Below, in pieces: positions 33,495-44,237 of a stretch of 64,000 nucleotides of DNA. A model generated the notes under the pieces. It ran no database searches and was not told the origin of the DNA. It saw only the letters and a list, made by a program, of their open reading frames with translations. Every line of letters begins with the position of its first letter. Position 1 is the first letter of the stretch. Location of the stretch: positions 256,001 to 320,000 of the forward strand of contig CAWGYD010000006.1 of NCBI GenBank assembly GCA_963826785.1. The letters run 5' to 3'. The position numbers and the translations under genes were made by a program. The stretch is from an uncultured delta proteobacterium. GTDB lineage: Bacteria; Desulfobacterota; Desulfobacteria; Desulfobacterales; Desulfosalsimonadaceae.

Positions 33495-34622
33495 TCATCT
33501 GGCGGCGGTTATTCTTTCATATACGTTGACGTATTTTGCAGCCACCATATCCCAGGAAAATTTCTCTTCCAAACGCTGTCTTGCGCTCCGGCCCAGGCTG
33601 CGGCACAGATCAGGATCAGAAGCCAGTTCAATAACGGTCGCCCGCAGCCCCTGGACGTCCCCCGGATCGATCAGCCGCGCCGACTCGCCGACCGCTTCCT
33701 GGCAGCCCGTTCCCCGGGTGGTGACGATGGCCAGTCCGGCAGCCATGGCTTCCAGCAGAACCATCGGAAAATTTTCGGACATGGAGGGAAAGACAAAGAT
33801 CGAAGATGTTTCAAACAGCTGAATCAATTGTTCGCTGCTGTTTTCCAAATGGCCGTAAAATCTGATCCGTGGGCTGAGGCCAAGGCCTTTTGCCATCCGC
33901 TTGAGATCACTCAGGTACGGACCGTCTCCCACGATGTGGATTTCATGATCGAGGTTTAATCCGTCCACCGCCTCCAGAAGATGCTGAATGCCTTTGCGCT
34001 TGAACATTCGCGAGACCACCAGGATTTTCCGGGTCCTTTTCCCTTCTCCCTTAAATCGCAGCGGATCGATCCCGTTGGGGATTACTTTCACATTGGCGGA
34101 AGGCAGGGCCCGGGCAACCAGGGTTTCAAGATACCGGCTCAGGCAGATGATATTCGTACTCGACCTGACGATGATCCGCCAGAAGGGCAGCAGCAGGCGA
34201 TGAAGCATCTTGAATCGATCCGGATTGTACCCCGGAACGTCCGAACCATGAGCGGTGATGATATAGGGCAGCCCGGTCGCCTTGGAAAGCATATAGGCCA
34301 GGACCCCGTCAGGGAAAATAAAATGCGCGTGGATGAGGTCATATTTCTTTTTCGACGTCATCATCAGTGCGATGGGAAAAGCAGCGCATATATAGCTGAT
34401 CATCTCCGGGCTGTGGCTTAAAACTTTACTGGTGCGGATAGAAGGGATGCGCCGAAGGGAAAAATTGCCGGCAAATTCCGTTGCCGGCAGCCCTCGATAT
34501 TTCATAGACAGCAGGTCAACCAAATGGCCGGATTCCGCCAGTTGGCGGCACAGACCCGCCACCACATGGCCGCCGCCGCCGCCCAGGGGCGGGTATTCAT
34601 AACAGCACATGAGGATCTTCAA
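33495..34622 (-). CDS. Glycosyltransferase family 4
   Basis: YEYPPLGGGGG, HAHFIFP, TAHGSDVPG, IPNGID, ENFPMVLLEAMAAG. Confidence 0.93.
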   Translation of the reverse strand: MKILMCCYEYPPLGGGGGHVVAGLCRQLAESGHLVDLLSMKYRGLPATEFAGNFSLRRIPSIRTSKVLSHSPEMISYICAAFPIALMMTSKKKYDLIHAHFIFPDGVLAYMLSKATGLPYIITAHGSDVPGYNPDRFKMLHRLLLPFWRIIVRSSTNIICLSRYLETLVARALPSANVKVIPNGIDPLRFKGEGKRTRKILVVSRMFKRKGIQHLLEAVDGLNLDHEIHIVGDGPYLSDLKRMAKGLGLSPRIRFYGHLENSSEQLIQLFETSSIFVFPSMSENFPMVLLEAMAAGLAIVTTRGTGCQEAVGESARLIDPGDVQGLRATVIELASDPDLCRSLGRSARQRLEEKFSWDMVAAKYVNVYERITAAR

Positions 34623-34843
34623 GATTCGGCTCGTCCTTAAATTTCAATTCACTTGGCTTTTGACAATCATCATCCGGTCAACTATACTCCGGAACTTGAA
34701 ACGACGTGTTACGATAACCGAAAAATAAACGCAAATTCAACCATCATTTCATGATTGCAACCGGTCCGTGGCGGAGCCCCCCATAGCGCCAGACGCCCGT
34801 TGGCTGACCGGGTGTGCCGGAATGGATCAAAAAGTGTCCCTAA

Positions 34844-37320
34844 ATGAGCAGACGCAAAAAGAAGTGCGCACCTGCGCCATCCGATAAGACAACCGCCCCC
34901 TGCCCGATGCCCCCTGACGTTGCGCCGATCTCTGTGCCGGATCGGTTAACGGAAAAAGGTGCGTTCTTTTTGCTGTTATTTTTGATTCTCATGGTCCAGC
35001 TGTTCGTCTATTCCGATTTCATCCTGTTCAACCGGTTATACCTGTTTCTGGATATCGGGAGTGATTCATACAACCTGTTTTATCCTGGATTTGTGCACAT
35101 CGCCAGTTATCTGCGCACAGAAGGCCTTCCCACCTGGTCGTTTGCGGAAGGCATGGGCAAAAACATCTTTGCCGGGGGGATCAACAATCCGTTTCAGCTG
35201 ATCTTATACCTGATCGGTCCGGAACGGCTGGCATTCGGCATCGTGTTTGTGGAGATGCTCAAGGGGCTCATTACCGGCATCCTCTTTTTCCTCTACCTGC
35301 GCATCCGGCAGTTTTCCGGCGCGATCTGCCTCTTTGGCGGGATACTGGCAGCATTTCTGGGGTACCTGGTGCTGGGCGGCAGTGGCTGGTACGGCCATTC
35401 CACCAATGTGGTCTACTTCATGCTGCTGGTATATGCCTTTGAGCTTTGTTTCCAAAAAGGCAACTGGCTGCTGCTGCCCTTGGCCGTATTCTTTGTGGCC
35501 ACCAACCCCTTCCGGCTCTACATCTTCGGCGTCTTCATGCTGACCTACGTTCTTTTTCGCATGATGACGAAAAACGAATACGACTGGAAGAAAAGCATCT
35601 TTTTTCTGCTGCGGCTGGGTGGTTTCGGCCTGCTTGGTATCGGGCTGAGCGCCCTTTTTTCATTCGATAATCTGATGGGTATGCTCAACAGTCCGAGGGT
35701 TTCCGGAGACGTCTCCGCCGTCGGTGCGCTCTCCGCATCTCCGTGGTGGCATCTCCCCGACCGGTTGCAGGGGGCGACGGTGCTCATGCGGATGTTTTCC
35801 AACGACCTGATGGGGACCGGAAGCGATTATCGCGGCTGGTACAATTACATGGAAGCGCCGATCTTCTATGCGGGCCTGCTGCCGCTTATTCTGATTCCCC
35901 AGGCATTTTCCGTATCCGACCGGCGCAGACGGATCGCATATCTGTCGTTTCTCGCGTTGTGGTCGATTCCGCTGATCTTTCCATATGCCCGGCATGCCCT
36001 GTATGCGTTCATGGGCGATTATTACAAACATGGGCTTTCCATGTTCATCCCTTTTATCATACTGATATTTGGCATGTGGGGCCTTGAACGGGTCTGGCGC
36101 CATAAACTCCAGCCGCTTGTATTGGTTTTCACCACGGCGATTCTTCTCATCATCCTTTTTTACCCCTATTTTGACGGAACCGTTTATGAAGGGCAGACGA
36201 TAATCGACAACCACCTGAGACTTATCATCAGCCTGTTTCTGATCACATACACGGGGCTGCTTTATGCCATGCAGTACAAGGCCCTGAAACACTACATTTT
36301 CTATATGCTCTTACTTACCATCTGCATTGAAGCCGCTTTTATGTCCACCATCACCGTCAACCACCGGTCGACAATGACCCGGAAGCAATTTGAAAGCCGG
36401 GTGGGATATAACGATTATACCCTGGAGGCGATCGAGTACCTGAAAACCATCGATACGGGATTTTACAGGGTCAACAAGGATTATTCCTCCTCTCTTGCCG
36501 AGATCAACAGCTTAAATGACGCCAAAATTCAAGGGTATTTCGGAACGCCGTCCTATTCATCCTTCAACAGCCAGGATTACATCGAGTTTTTAAAAGCAAC
36601 CGAAATCATTCCCAAAGGTCAAGAGACTAAAACAAGATGGGCCATGGGTCTGCTCCAGCGCCCGCTCCTTCAGGCCCTTGCCGGGGTGAAGTATAATCTG
36701 GTAAGGACTGAAGAACTGCCAAAAAAAAGAATGGACGCGCTGTTTGACAAAACCTATACACCGATGGCGCAATTTGGGGATATCACGGTATTAAAAAACG
36801 AATTTTCGCTCCCCCCGGGCATCCCCTATGATGCCGCCATAAATTTAGCCGAGTTCAATCAATTGTCCCGGGTCCAGAAAGACATCATCCTGTTTAATGC
36901 CTGTATTCTGGAATCAGACCTGCCCGGCATCGACTTTCTATCCAGGGATGAAATCAAAACCATTCTCGGCGATGCCTCCTTGAGCCGCTTTTGGGAACTG
37001 TCAGCTCAGAAACGATCAGACGCCATGCAATTGACCCGTTTTACTCAAAAGCGATTCAAGGGTTTGATGACGCTGAAAAAGCAGAAGCTGGTCTTTTTTG
37101 CCATCCCCTTTGATGAGGGCTGGCAGGCGTTTGATAACGGCGCCCGGATTCCCTGATCAAAGCCAACATCGGTTTTACAGGTATTCTGCTTGGAAAGGGG
37201 GAACATGCCATAGAACTGAAGTATAAGGTGAAAAATCTGCCCCTGCTCATGTCTGTTTCAATGATTTCATTACTGATCTATTCTGGATTGGCGCTGATGC
37301 ATGTCCGCCGTAAAGCTTAA
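34844..37320 (+). CDS. YfhO-family membrane protein (GT-C-like), frameshift near 37152
   Basis: Multi-TM N-terminal half, GFYRV, SYSSF, IPFDEGW; C-terminus LIKANIGFTGILLGKGEHAIELKY..TAA 37320 continues in another frame after a C run. Confidence 0.82.
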
Positions 37321-38570
37321 CCGGCAAATCGCGGCCTGCAGGATATTCTGAAATAGAATTCCTTGATCAGGGTCAGTATCAGATAGGCAATCGATGTGGC
37401 ATACGCCGCACCGATATACCCCATGCGGCTCACCAGGATGAAATCGAGCCCCAGGTTGATGAGAAGTGCAAAAACAGTGGCGGACTGGAGAAATCTGAAC
37501 TGTTTCAGGGTGTCGAAAATGGGATCATAAAAGATGCCGTATAAGTTAAACATGGATCCTGCCAGCAAAATCTGCAAAACAGCCGCGCTTTCTGCGTACT
37601 GCGGCTTAAAGAACCAGGAGACCAGAATCGGAATCATCAAAAAAACAGCCCCGAAACCCGCTCCACCCAACATCAGGAGCTTAGTCCGCTTAACGTGCAG
37701 ATAATAGCGGATTTTGTCCGGATCATGGATGTGGCCGGCGATAAACGGCAGAAAATAAATCTGGAGGATGGCGGAAAGAAAAATCGTCCCCTTGAAAAAC
37801 TGGTATCCCAGATTGTAAATACCGATTTCGTTCATGCTCGAAAAGTGCCGAAGGATGATATTGTCTCCCCAGTTCAGCAGGTAGACCGCAGTGCCGCCCA
37901 GGACCATCCACTTGGTCAAATCGGCCATTTTAAAAAGCATCTTCTTGTCATATGCCGGGGGGAGAAGTTACTTGGTTTCTATTTTCGGAAGCATCAGCCC
38001 CGCTGAAAGAACTGCCGAAATCAAAAACATCATGAATGCAACCCCGATCGTGATCTCAAAAAAGAGGAAGAACAGCAGCAGGTACAGGATGGAAAACAAA
38101 GCTTTCAAAAAATGAAAGATCGACTGCAGGATCAGCCGGTCAAGGGCGATGAACAGTGAACCGATGAGCGCTTCTATTATTTTGCCGATAAAGACCAGCA
38201 TGAGAAAATAGACCTGGGACTCGGGTCAACCCGGTAAATGCCATGATCTGGTTTTGAACTGAAAGCAGGATGACCAGGAATATGCCAAGCGCCGCCGCAA
38301 GCATGACGGTTCGGGCCGTAATCGAAGCATTGATGCGTCCACTGGCCTTCAATTCCTCGCTTCCCAGAATAATCAGCGGCTTGTTGGATGAATTGACCAG
38401 CACGGCAACGAAAAAATAAGCGATCATCATGGAAAGCGAATAGATGCCGAAAACTTGGGGGAAAACCGGGTGGCCAGAAGGATGGGAACCACAAAATCAA
38501 GGCCGTACCCGAAACTGCGGATCGCGCCATAGGAGATCAGCCTTTTTCCCTCTTGCAATTCTTTTATCAA
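37317..38570 (-). CDS. Polysaccharide flippase (Wzx/MOP family), several apparent frameshifts
   Basis: Fragments 38427-38570, 38140-38430, 37968-38201 and 37317-37940 are all hydrophobic; NWGDNIIL..EIGIYNLGYQ, GYIGAAYAT. Confidence 0.72.
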
Positions 38571-38705
38571 CCAGTCAAATAGTTTAGAATTGAAAATGGC
38601 CAACAAGAACCTCTTTATTAAACCGCGACTGCCTTTAAAAATGAAGGCCGTATCCCCTGAAAAAACCAATACGTTCTTGGCCCGCCGAAAAATAACCAGG
38701 AAAAA

Positions 38706-38732
38706 TTCCCCCCGGGGGGGGGGCAAGGGGGG
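38706..38732. repeat. Degenerate REP-like C/G palindrome
   Basis: TTCCCCCCGGGGGGGGGGCAAGGGGGG resembles the reverse complement of CCCCCCTGGCCCCCCTCGAGGGGGGA in the 9.3-10.5 kb repeats. Confidence 0.5.
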
Positions 38733-38735
38733 AAA

Positions 38736-40670
38736 ATGACCGACTTGATCAGAACACCGCCCTTCAAAAGCCAGCATTTCCGGGCCGCAATCTGATCATC
38801 GCAATTATGCTGTGCCTCGGCACCTTCATGCTTTACAGCCAAGTCACCCATTTTGATTTTATCAACTATGATGACATCGATTATGTATCACAGAATCCCC
38901 ATATTCAAAACGGCATAAATATCGAATCGATCACCTGGGCGTTCACCGCCTTTCATGGGGCAACTGGCACCCCCTGACCTGGATTTCCCATATGCTCGAT
39001 TATGAGATATACGGGCTTGACCCCGGGGGACACCACCTCACCAGCCTGATCTTCCACATCCTCAACACCTTGCTGCTGTTTGCCATCCTATTTCAGATGA
39101 CCGGGCGTTCCTATGCTGCCGGCTTTGCCGCAGCCCTGTTTGCCTTGCACCCCCTGCACGTGGAATCCGTGGCCTGGGTGTCGGAGCGAAAGGATGTGTT
39201 GAGCGCCTTTTTCGGCCTGCTCACCATCCGGGCCTATATCCGGTATGTCCTAAAGCCCGCTCTAAGCCGCTACCTGATGGTAATGATTTTCTTCGCCCTG
39301 GGTCTGATGAGCAAACCCATGCTGGTGACCCTTCCCTTTCTCCTGCTGCTGCTGATTCCTGGCCTGAACCGGTTTGGGCATTCAGAAATACTTCCCCTCC
39401 AAAGCAAGAATAAAAATTCGCCCAATTCCCCCCAGAAGGCCACATCCGCCAGCCCCCCCTTGAAAACATCCCCTCCGACCGATCCTTCCGTGAGAACGAC
39501 CGTCCCCAATTCCCCATCGAGGGGCACAGTCCTTACTTCCCCCTTGAGGCCCACCCCTCCCACTCCCCCCTTGAGGGGGGAATCAAAGGGGAGATGTCCG
39601 GGTGCATGGAGGAGTGTCCGGGGTGCCATCCTCGAAAAAGTCCCCCTGATCCTCCTGGTGATCCTCTCCAGCATCATCACCCTCTATGCCCAGGAGCACG
39701 GCGGGGCCATCCGGACCCTGGAGTTCAGCCCGCTCCATTTCCGGATTGCAAACGCCCTGACGGCATACTTACTCTACCTGGTCAAGATGGTCTATCCGGT
39801 CAACCTGGCCTTTTTGTATCCCTATCCGGACCACCTCCGGCCTGGAAAATCGCTGGATCGGCCCTTTTGCTGGGAATGATCACCTTTTTTGCCTTCAGGT
39901 TCCGGAAAGACCGACCCTGGCTGGCGGTGGGATGGGGATGGTATCTGATCAGCCTGGTGCCGGTGATCGGGATCATCCAGGTGGGCATGCAGGCCATGGC
40001 GGACCGCTACACCTACCTTCCCCTGATCGGCATCTTTATGATCATTTCCTGGGGAGCGGGAGATCTTGCTGCCAAACTCAACTTGTCCAAAAAGGTGACT
40101 GCAGCTGCAGCATTCATGGTGATAGCCGTCCTGACCGCGCTTTCTTTTGCCCAGATCGGCTACTGGAAAAACAGCATCACGTTATTTGAACACGCCATCG
40201 CCGTAACCCAAAACAACTACATTGCCCATTACAACCTGGGAAATGCGATAGCGGGAAAACAGCAATACGAGAAGGCACTTGCGCATTATCTTGCAGCCGT
40301 CGAGATCCGCCCCGCGTTTGCCGATGCCCACAATAATGCCGGCAACGTCTATCTCCTGCAAAAAAATCTGGATTCCGCCATCGAGCGCTATGAGAAGACG
40401 GTAAAACTCGACCCGGGCCGCACCGGCGCGCACTATAACCTGGGAATCGCCTATGAAAAAAAGGGGTGGACGGCAGAGGCGGCAATGCATTACAAACAGG
40501 CCCTGGCGTTAAATCCGGAATGGGAAAGTGCCTGGTATAAGCTCGGCATTGCGCTCTACCATCAGGGGGATATTGAAGGGGCGGTTGAAGCTTTCCAGGA
40601 GGGATTGAAAATTAATCCGGAAAATTCAGATGCAAGGCAAAACCTGGAGAAATTGCAAAAGCTGGGATAA
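38736..40670 (+). CDS. TMTC-like membrane protein with C-terminal TPRs (putative GT-C protein glycosyltransferase), several frameshifts
   Basis: FINYDD, NWHPLTW, HPLHVESVAWVSERKDVL, SKPMLVTLP, MADRYTYLP, YWKNSITLF and TPR repeats. Confidence 0.82.
39424..39592 (+). repeat. About six degenerate 27-bp tandem units inserted in frame in the TMTC-like gene
   Basis: Units start at 39424, 39451, 39481, 39508, 39535 and 39562; the last is ACTCCCCCCTTGAGGGGGGAATCAAAGGGG. Confidence 0.7.
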
Positions 40671-40740
40671 AAAATCATTGGAAGTATCGAAGAAGTAAAA
40701 ATCAGATGCCAGAAAATTCATTTAATCAGAGATCTTGTAT

Positions 40741-41211
40741 CTATGTCGTCTTTTTACCGGTTTGAATCCGTTTAAGGTATTTTACATCAACCCTATCCTG
40801 GTCTCTGCCGGTTGCTTCTTTATTTCTGATAAGGTCTTCCCTTGAAAGATACCACACATCAACATCGCCGTATTTTCCCATCGCCCGGCGGGTCCAAGCG
40901 TTTTCAAAGCCGGTGATTCCGGCAATTCTTGCCATCAAATCGATACGAACCGGTGCAACGCCCAATTGAACAATGGACTCGGGATTGCAAAGATCATCGG
41001 CGGTTAATCCCATGTCGGATCCGCCAAAAAATTCCCGGATGGTTTTTAAAATGGCGTTTGCAGATGAGGGGATGGCTTCATGGAGAATATCGATATCCTT
41101 GGTCGCCCTCGGACGGGCATGAAAGGCAACCGCGTGAGCACCGATGATCAGGTATTTAACGTGATTTGCGTTTAATAACTCGAAAAACTCTTCGTAGTCT
41201 TTCTGTGCCAT
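40741..41211 (-). CDS. Nucleotidyltransferase-fold protein (DUF6036-like)
   Basis: YLIIGAHAVAFHARPRATKDIDI..RIDL..LIRNKEATGRDQDRVD. Confidence 0.82.
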   Translation of the reverse strand: MAQKDYEEFFELLNANHVKYLIIGAHAVAFHARPRATKDIDILHEAIPSSANAILKTIREFFGGSDMGLTADDLCNPESIVQLGVAPVRIDLMARIAGITGFENAWTRRAMGKYGDVDVWYLSREDLIRNKEATGRDQDRVDVKYLKRIQTGKKTT

Positions 41212-41389
41212 GCGCACCCTTTGTTTTCAGGCAGCCCTGCAGACATTCATCCACGGCATCGACCCGCTCTTCCGGAGAAAGGCCTTCAAACCAGAACCGA
41301 AAATCCGCTTCTTCGGCCTTATCCATGGGAACGACCCTTGCCGTCCACAGCCGGCCATATTTATCTTTTGCGCTTCCCCGTTCATCCAT
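41156..41389 (-). CDS. Small protein paired with the nucleotidyltransferase (putative TA partner)
   Basis: 77 aa, DFRFWFEGLSPEERVDAV..RLRRVFRVIKR; overlaps the NTase start; a decayed copy exists at 44.3-44.6 kb. Confidence 0.7.
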   Translation of the reverse strand: MDERGSAKDKYGRLWTARVVPMDKAEEADFRFWFEGLSPEERVDAVDECLQGCLKTKGAHGTERLRRVFRVIKRKSR

Positions 41390-41474
41390 ACTGAAATACT
41401 GCCTCAATTTTTGATCAGTTTAACCATAATACCATCATTTCTTGCAAAAAACAAAATGGATCTGCAGTAGATAG

Positions 41475-41710
41475 AACCCAAAGACGGCTGAAAAGAAGCG
41501 CTTTCGTGGAAAAGGTGATCGAGTCGTTTCCCATATATATATCCTTTTGAAGTTCCCGTCGCCAGAATATATGCACAACTATAGGCAAATCTGATCCAGC
41601 GAGGATTGCAGATCGGCGCCCATGAACTCATCATCGGCGCCACCTCCTTATCCCTCGAGTTTTCAGTCGCAACCTTCAGTAAAAGGCATTTTGAACGTAT
41701 CGAGGGGCTT
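41475..41710 (+). pseudogene. Degenerate copy of the 3' half of vapC
   Basis: High similarity to 42203-42434, with an extra ATAT and a TGG>TAG stop. Confidence 0.85.
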
Positions 41711-41718
41711 TCTGACCC

Positions 41719-41766
41719 TTGACAATTTCCAAACAATATGTAAATTTTGATTATCATATTTTACAT
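41719..41766 (+). promoter_or_regulatory. Sigma70-like promoter and palindromic operator of vapBC
   Basis: TTGACA-N16-TAAATT overlapping the inverted repeat ATGTAAA..GAT-T-ATC..TTTACAT. Confidence 0.6.
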
Positions 41767-41778
41767 GGAGGCTGAAGA

Positions 41779-42060
41779 ATGGAAAAACGTATCTCCGCTA
41801 CGCAGACGGTAAGAAAATTTTCAGAAGTGCTCAATACCGTGATTTTTAAAAAAACGCGTTACATCATCGAAAGAGGCGGTAAGCCAGTGGCCTCGATACA
41901 ACCCATTGGCGACAAACCGGACTTAAAAACATTGGATGAACTAACTGACCTGATGAAAAAACTGCCAAGGCTGGGGGATGAATTGGATGCCTTCGCCAAA
42001 GACCTTGCCGATATTGGAAAGGAGCAGCCGCCAGTGACAGCTGAGGATTTATGGGCGTAA
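41779..42060 (+). CDS. vapB: Phd/YefM-type antitoxin (VapB)
   Basis: ISATQTVRKFSEVLNTV..IIERGGKPVA; GGAGG RBS; overlaps the PIN gene. Confidence 0.82.
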   Translation: MEKRISATQTVRKFSEVLNTVIFKKTRYIIERGGKPVASIQPIGDKPDLKTLDELTDLMKKLPRLGDELDAFAKDLADIGKEQPPVTAEDLWA

Positions 42061-42458
42061 TCCTCGACACAAGCGTTCTTATCGAAGCTGAACGACAGGC
42101 CTCCGACATCCGGGTATTTATCGAAAATCGGAGAGAAGAGGTCTTCGGGTTAAGTGTGATATCGATTGCCGAACTCCTTCACGGCGTGCACCGGGCTGAT
42201 TCAACCCAAAGACGGCTGAAAAGAAGCGCTTTTGTGGAAAAGGTGATCGAATTGTTTCCAATCTATCCTTTTGAAGTCCCCGTCGCCAGAATATATGCAC
42301 AACTCTGGGCGGATCTGATCAAGAAAGGATTGCAGATCGGCGCCCATGATCTCATCATCGGCGCTACCGCCTTATCCCTCGGGTTTTCAGTCGCCACCTT
42401 CAATAAACGGCACTTTGAACATATCGAGGGGCTTAAAATTGAGATGATCAATTTGTAA
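42051..42458 (+). CDS. vapC: PIN-domain toxin VapC
   Basis: ILDTSVLI, SIAELLHG, GAHDLIIGATA, TFNKRHF. Confidence 0.92.
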   Translation: MGVILDTSVLIEAERQASDIRVFIENRREEVFGLSVISIAELLHGVHRADSTQRRLKRSAFVEKVIELFPIYPFEVPVARIYAQLWADLIKKGLQIGAHDLIIGATALSLGFSVATFNKRHFEHIEGLKIEMINL

Positions 42459-42460
42459 AT

Positions 42461-42502
42461 TTAACGCGGTTTGCGTTTAATAACTCGAAAAACGCTTCGT
42501 AG
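42461..42502 (-). pseudogene. Short remnant of the 3' end of the 41156-41389 gene
   Basis: TTAACGCGGTTTGCGTTTAATAACTCGAAAAACGCTTCGTAG is nearly identical to 41156-41197. Confidence 0.7.
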
Positions 42503-42708
42503 GTAAGTCAAGCCACTCCAGAACATGCCGAAGGGCTCGCGGTAATCTGACAATTCCGTATCAATCCATCTCACTATCAAACCCAAATGCGGAGGTGCCC
42601 GACCATGGCTTCTTATGGCCGACCGATTCCAATTTATCAATTTTAATGATTTGATCCCGCTCAGACAAGAAAGCAGTCCGCAACACCTTTCCGGAATTAC
42701 AATAACAG

Positions 42709-42818
42709 GTATACTGTCCCCCGAATTCCACTGCGGTGCTCGGCTGCGGGACAATGGGAAAGAACAAGCACTATGGCTCTCTAATGGGTATTATGTCCAT
42801 GGAATTGGGACCGGAATT
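42709..42818 (+). repeat. Left junction: GTATACTGTCCCCCGAATTCC plus a ~65-bp direct repeat ending GTATTATGTCCATGGAATT
   Basis: GCTGCGGGACAATGGG..AACAAGCA..CTAAT..GTATTATGTCC matches 43765-43837. Confidence 0.7.
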
Positions 42819-43316
42819 GAAAGATTTTATAGCCAGAAACAGTCTCTGGCCGTCATCTCTTAATGGATTAAATCCAAAACGCTCATAAAAACGCTTGGCA
42901 TTATTATTGACGGCATCCACAACCAAGGCATAAACGGCGACTTCATCACTGACAGACAAAAGGCGCTTAACTGCGTCAGCAAGCAGCATTTTGCCGACTC
43001 CCTTTCCCTGGGCGAATTGGCTGACCGCCAGCCGGCCAATCAAGACGGCGGGGACCGGGTGTTTAGGTAATTTTCGAGATAGATTTTCAGGTAATTGGCT
43101 TAACTCGATCGACAAGCTGCTCAAAGTATAATAACCAACCACTTCCTTGGGGCGGTCTTTTTCCACGGCTACAAATACACGGCTGATATGGCGTTTAATA
43201 TCCTGTGTTGCCTGTTTCTGAAGGTAGTTGTCGAATATTTCAATCCCGCAAGAAAAATTTGGCCGGTCATGAGTCGTGTTGAGCGGTTCAATGATCAAAT
43301 TATAAAAATCATTCAT
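42771..43316 (-). CDS. GNAT acetyltransferase toxin (TacT/AtaT-like)
   Basis: HDRPNFSCG, VVGYYTLS, PVPAVLIGRLAV, QGKGVG, VVDA, FYERFGF. Confidence 0.92.
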   Translation of the reverse strand: MNDFYNLIIEPLNTTHDRPNFSCGIEIFDNYLQKQATQDIKRHISRVFVAVEKDRPKEVVGYYTLSSLSIELSQLPENLSRKLPKHPVPAVLIGRLAVSQFAQGKGVGKMLLADAVKRLLSVSDEVAVYALVVDAVNNNAKRFYERFGFNPLRDDGQRLFLAIKSFNSGPNSMDIIPIREP

Positions 43317-43606
43317 TTGCTAATGACACGCTGAGAGTGTTCTTCAAGGGCGTCCGTCAGTTCGCTGTTGAAGCGACCCTTAGCTGCCAAAGCATCGAAG
43401 AAAGCCTTTGAGTTCTTGGCATTTAAAGATATAAACTCATGATCATGAACGGTTTTTTTGGCCTGCTCCAAAGCACTATGTAAAACAAATTTACTGACAC
43501 TCTTTCCTTCAAGGCCGGCAGCACGCGTTAAAAGGCTTTTAACGCTACTCTCCAACCGGATGTTAATCCGTTCTTTATTGGTTTGCGTCGAATTTTTCAA
43601 AATCAA
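43313..43606 (-). CDS. DUF1778 RHH antitoxin (TacA/AtaR-like)
   Basis: ERINIRL..LLTRAAGLEGKSVSKFVL..AFFDAL; 4-nt overlap with the GNAT gene. Confidence 0.9.
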   Translation of the reverse strand: MILKNSTQTNKERINIRLESSVKSLLTRAAGLEGKSVSKFVLHSALEQAKKTVHDHEFISLNAKNSKAFFDALAAKGRFNSELTDALEEHSQRVISK

Positions 43607-43634
43607 TGTCCTTTTATTTCAAGGTATATTGGCG

Positions 43635-43671
43635 TTGACAAAAATGTACGTCATAATGGTGCCTTTGTCAA
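43635..43671 (-). promoter_or_regulatory. Promoter/operator of the DUF1778-GNAT operon
   Basis: Minus strand TTGACA-N17-TACATT inside the inverted repeat TTGACAAA..TTTGTCAA. Confidence 0.62.
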
Positions 43672-43764
43672 CAGGGGTTTGGTCGGAGATTTTCAATCAA
43701 TATATTGTGGCCTGTTTTTCAGATTACAGTGAGATTAATTGGTTACCCACTCATACATTGCCCT

Positions 43765-43837
43765 GCTGCGGGACGATGGGAACAAGCAGGCCTTATCCCT
43801 CCTCCCTAATAATTTAGTATTATGTCCCCGGAATTCC
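43765..43837 (+). repeat. Right direct repeat ending GTATTATGTCCCCGGAATTCC
   Basis: Matches 42743-42806. Confidence 0.7.
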
Positions 43838-44139
43838 CTATCCTATTTAATCCCCGCTACGCCCAGACCGCCACTATATTTCAGATCCTGCTGGTCGGAT
43901 TATTTTTTAATTTCTACTCAATGTTCTATGACCCGATCTTCGACAGTCTCAAGCGCTACCGGTTCATCCAGACCGCCACCATCGCCTGCGTAGCTTTCAA
44001 CCTGCTGCTCGACTATATCCTGGTGATGCGCATCGGCTATACGGGCGCGGCGGTTGCCACCGCCCTGACCTATTTTCTGTTTGCGGTGATCAAGGAGGTT
44101 TACTTCAGGACCCGGTGCAAAAATGCTTTGCCGGATTGA
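43838..44139 (+). pseudogene. C-terminal fragment of a second flippase paralogue
   Basis: FYDPIFDSLKRYRFIQTAT..GYTGAAVAT..IKEVYFR aligns with the end of 37317-37940; begins exactly at the junction motif. Confidence 0.78.
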
Positions 44140-44237
44140 AAGGTGAAATTATGGCATGGTGCGGGCGGTAATCAATTTTTTCTTTTTTTCCGGACTAAAC
44201 CGGTTGGTATTCAAGATGAGGATTTCGGATTTGGGTG

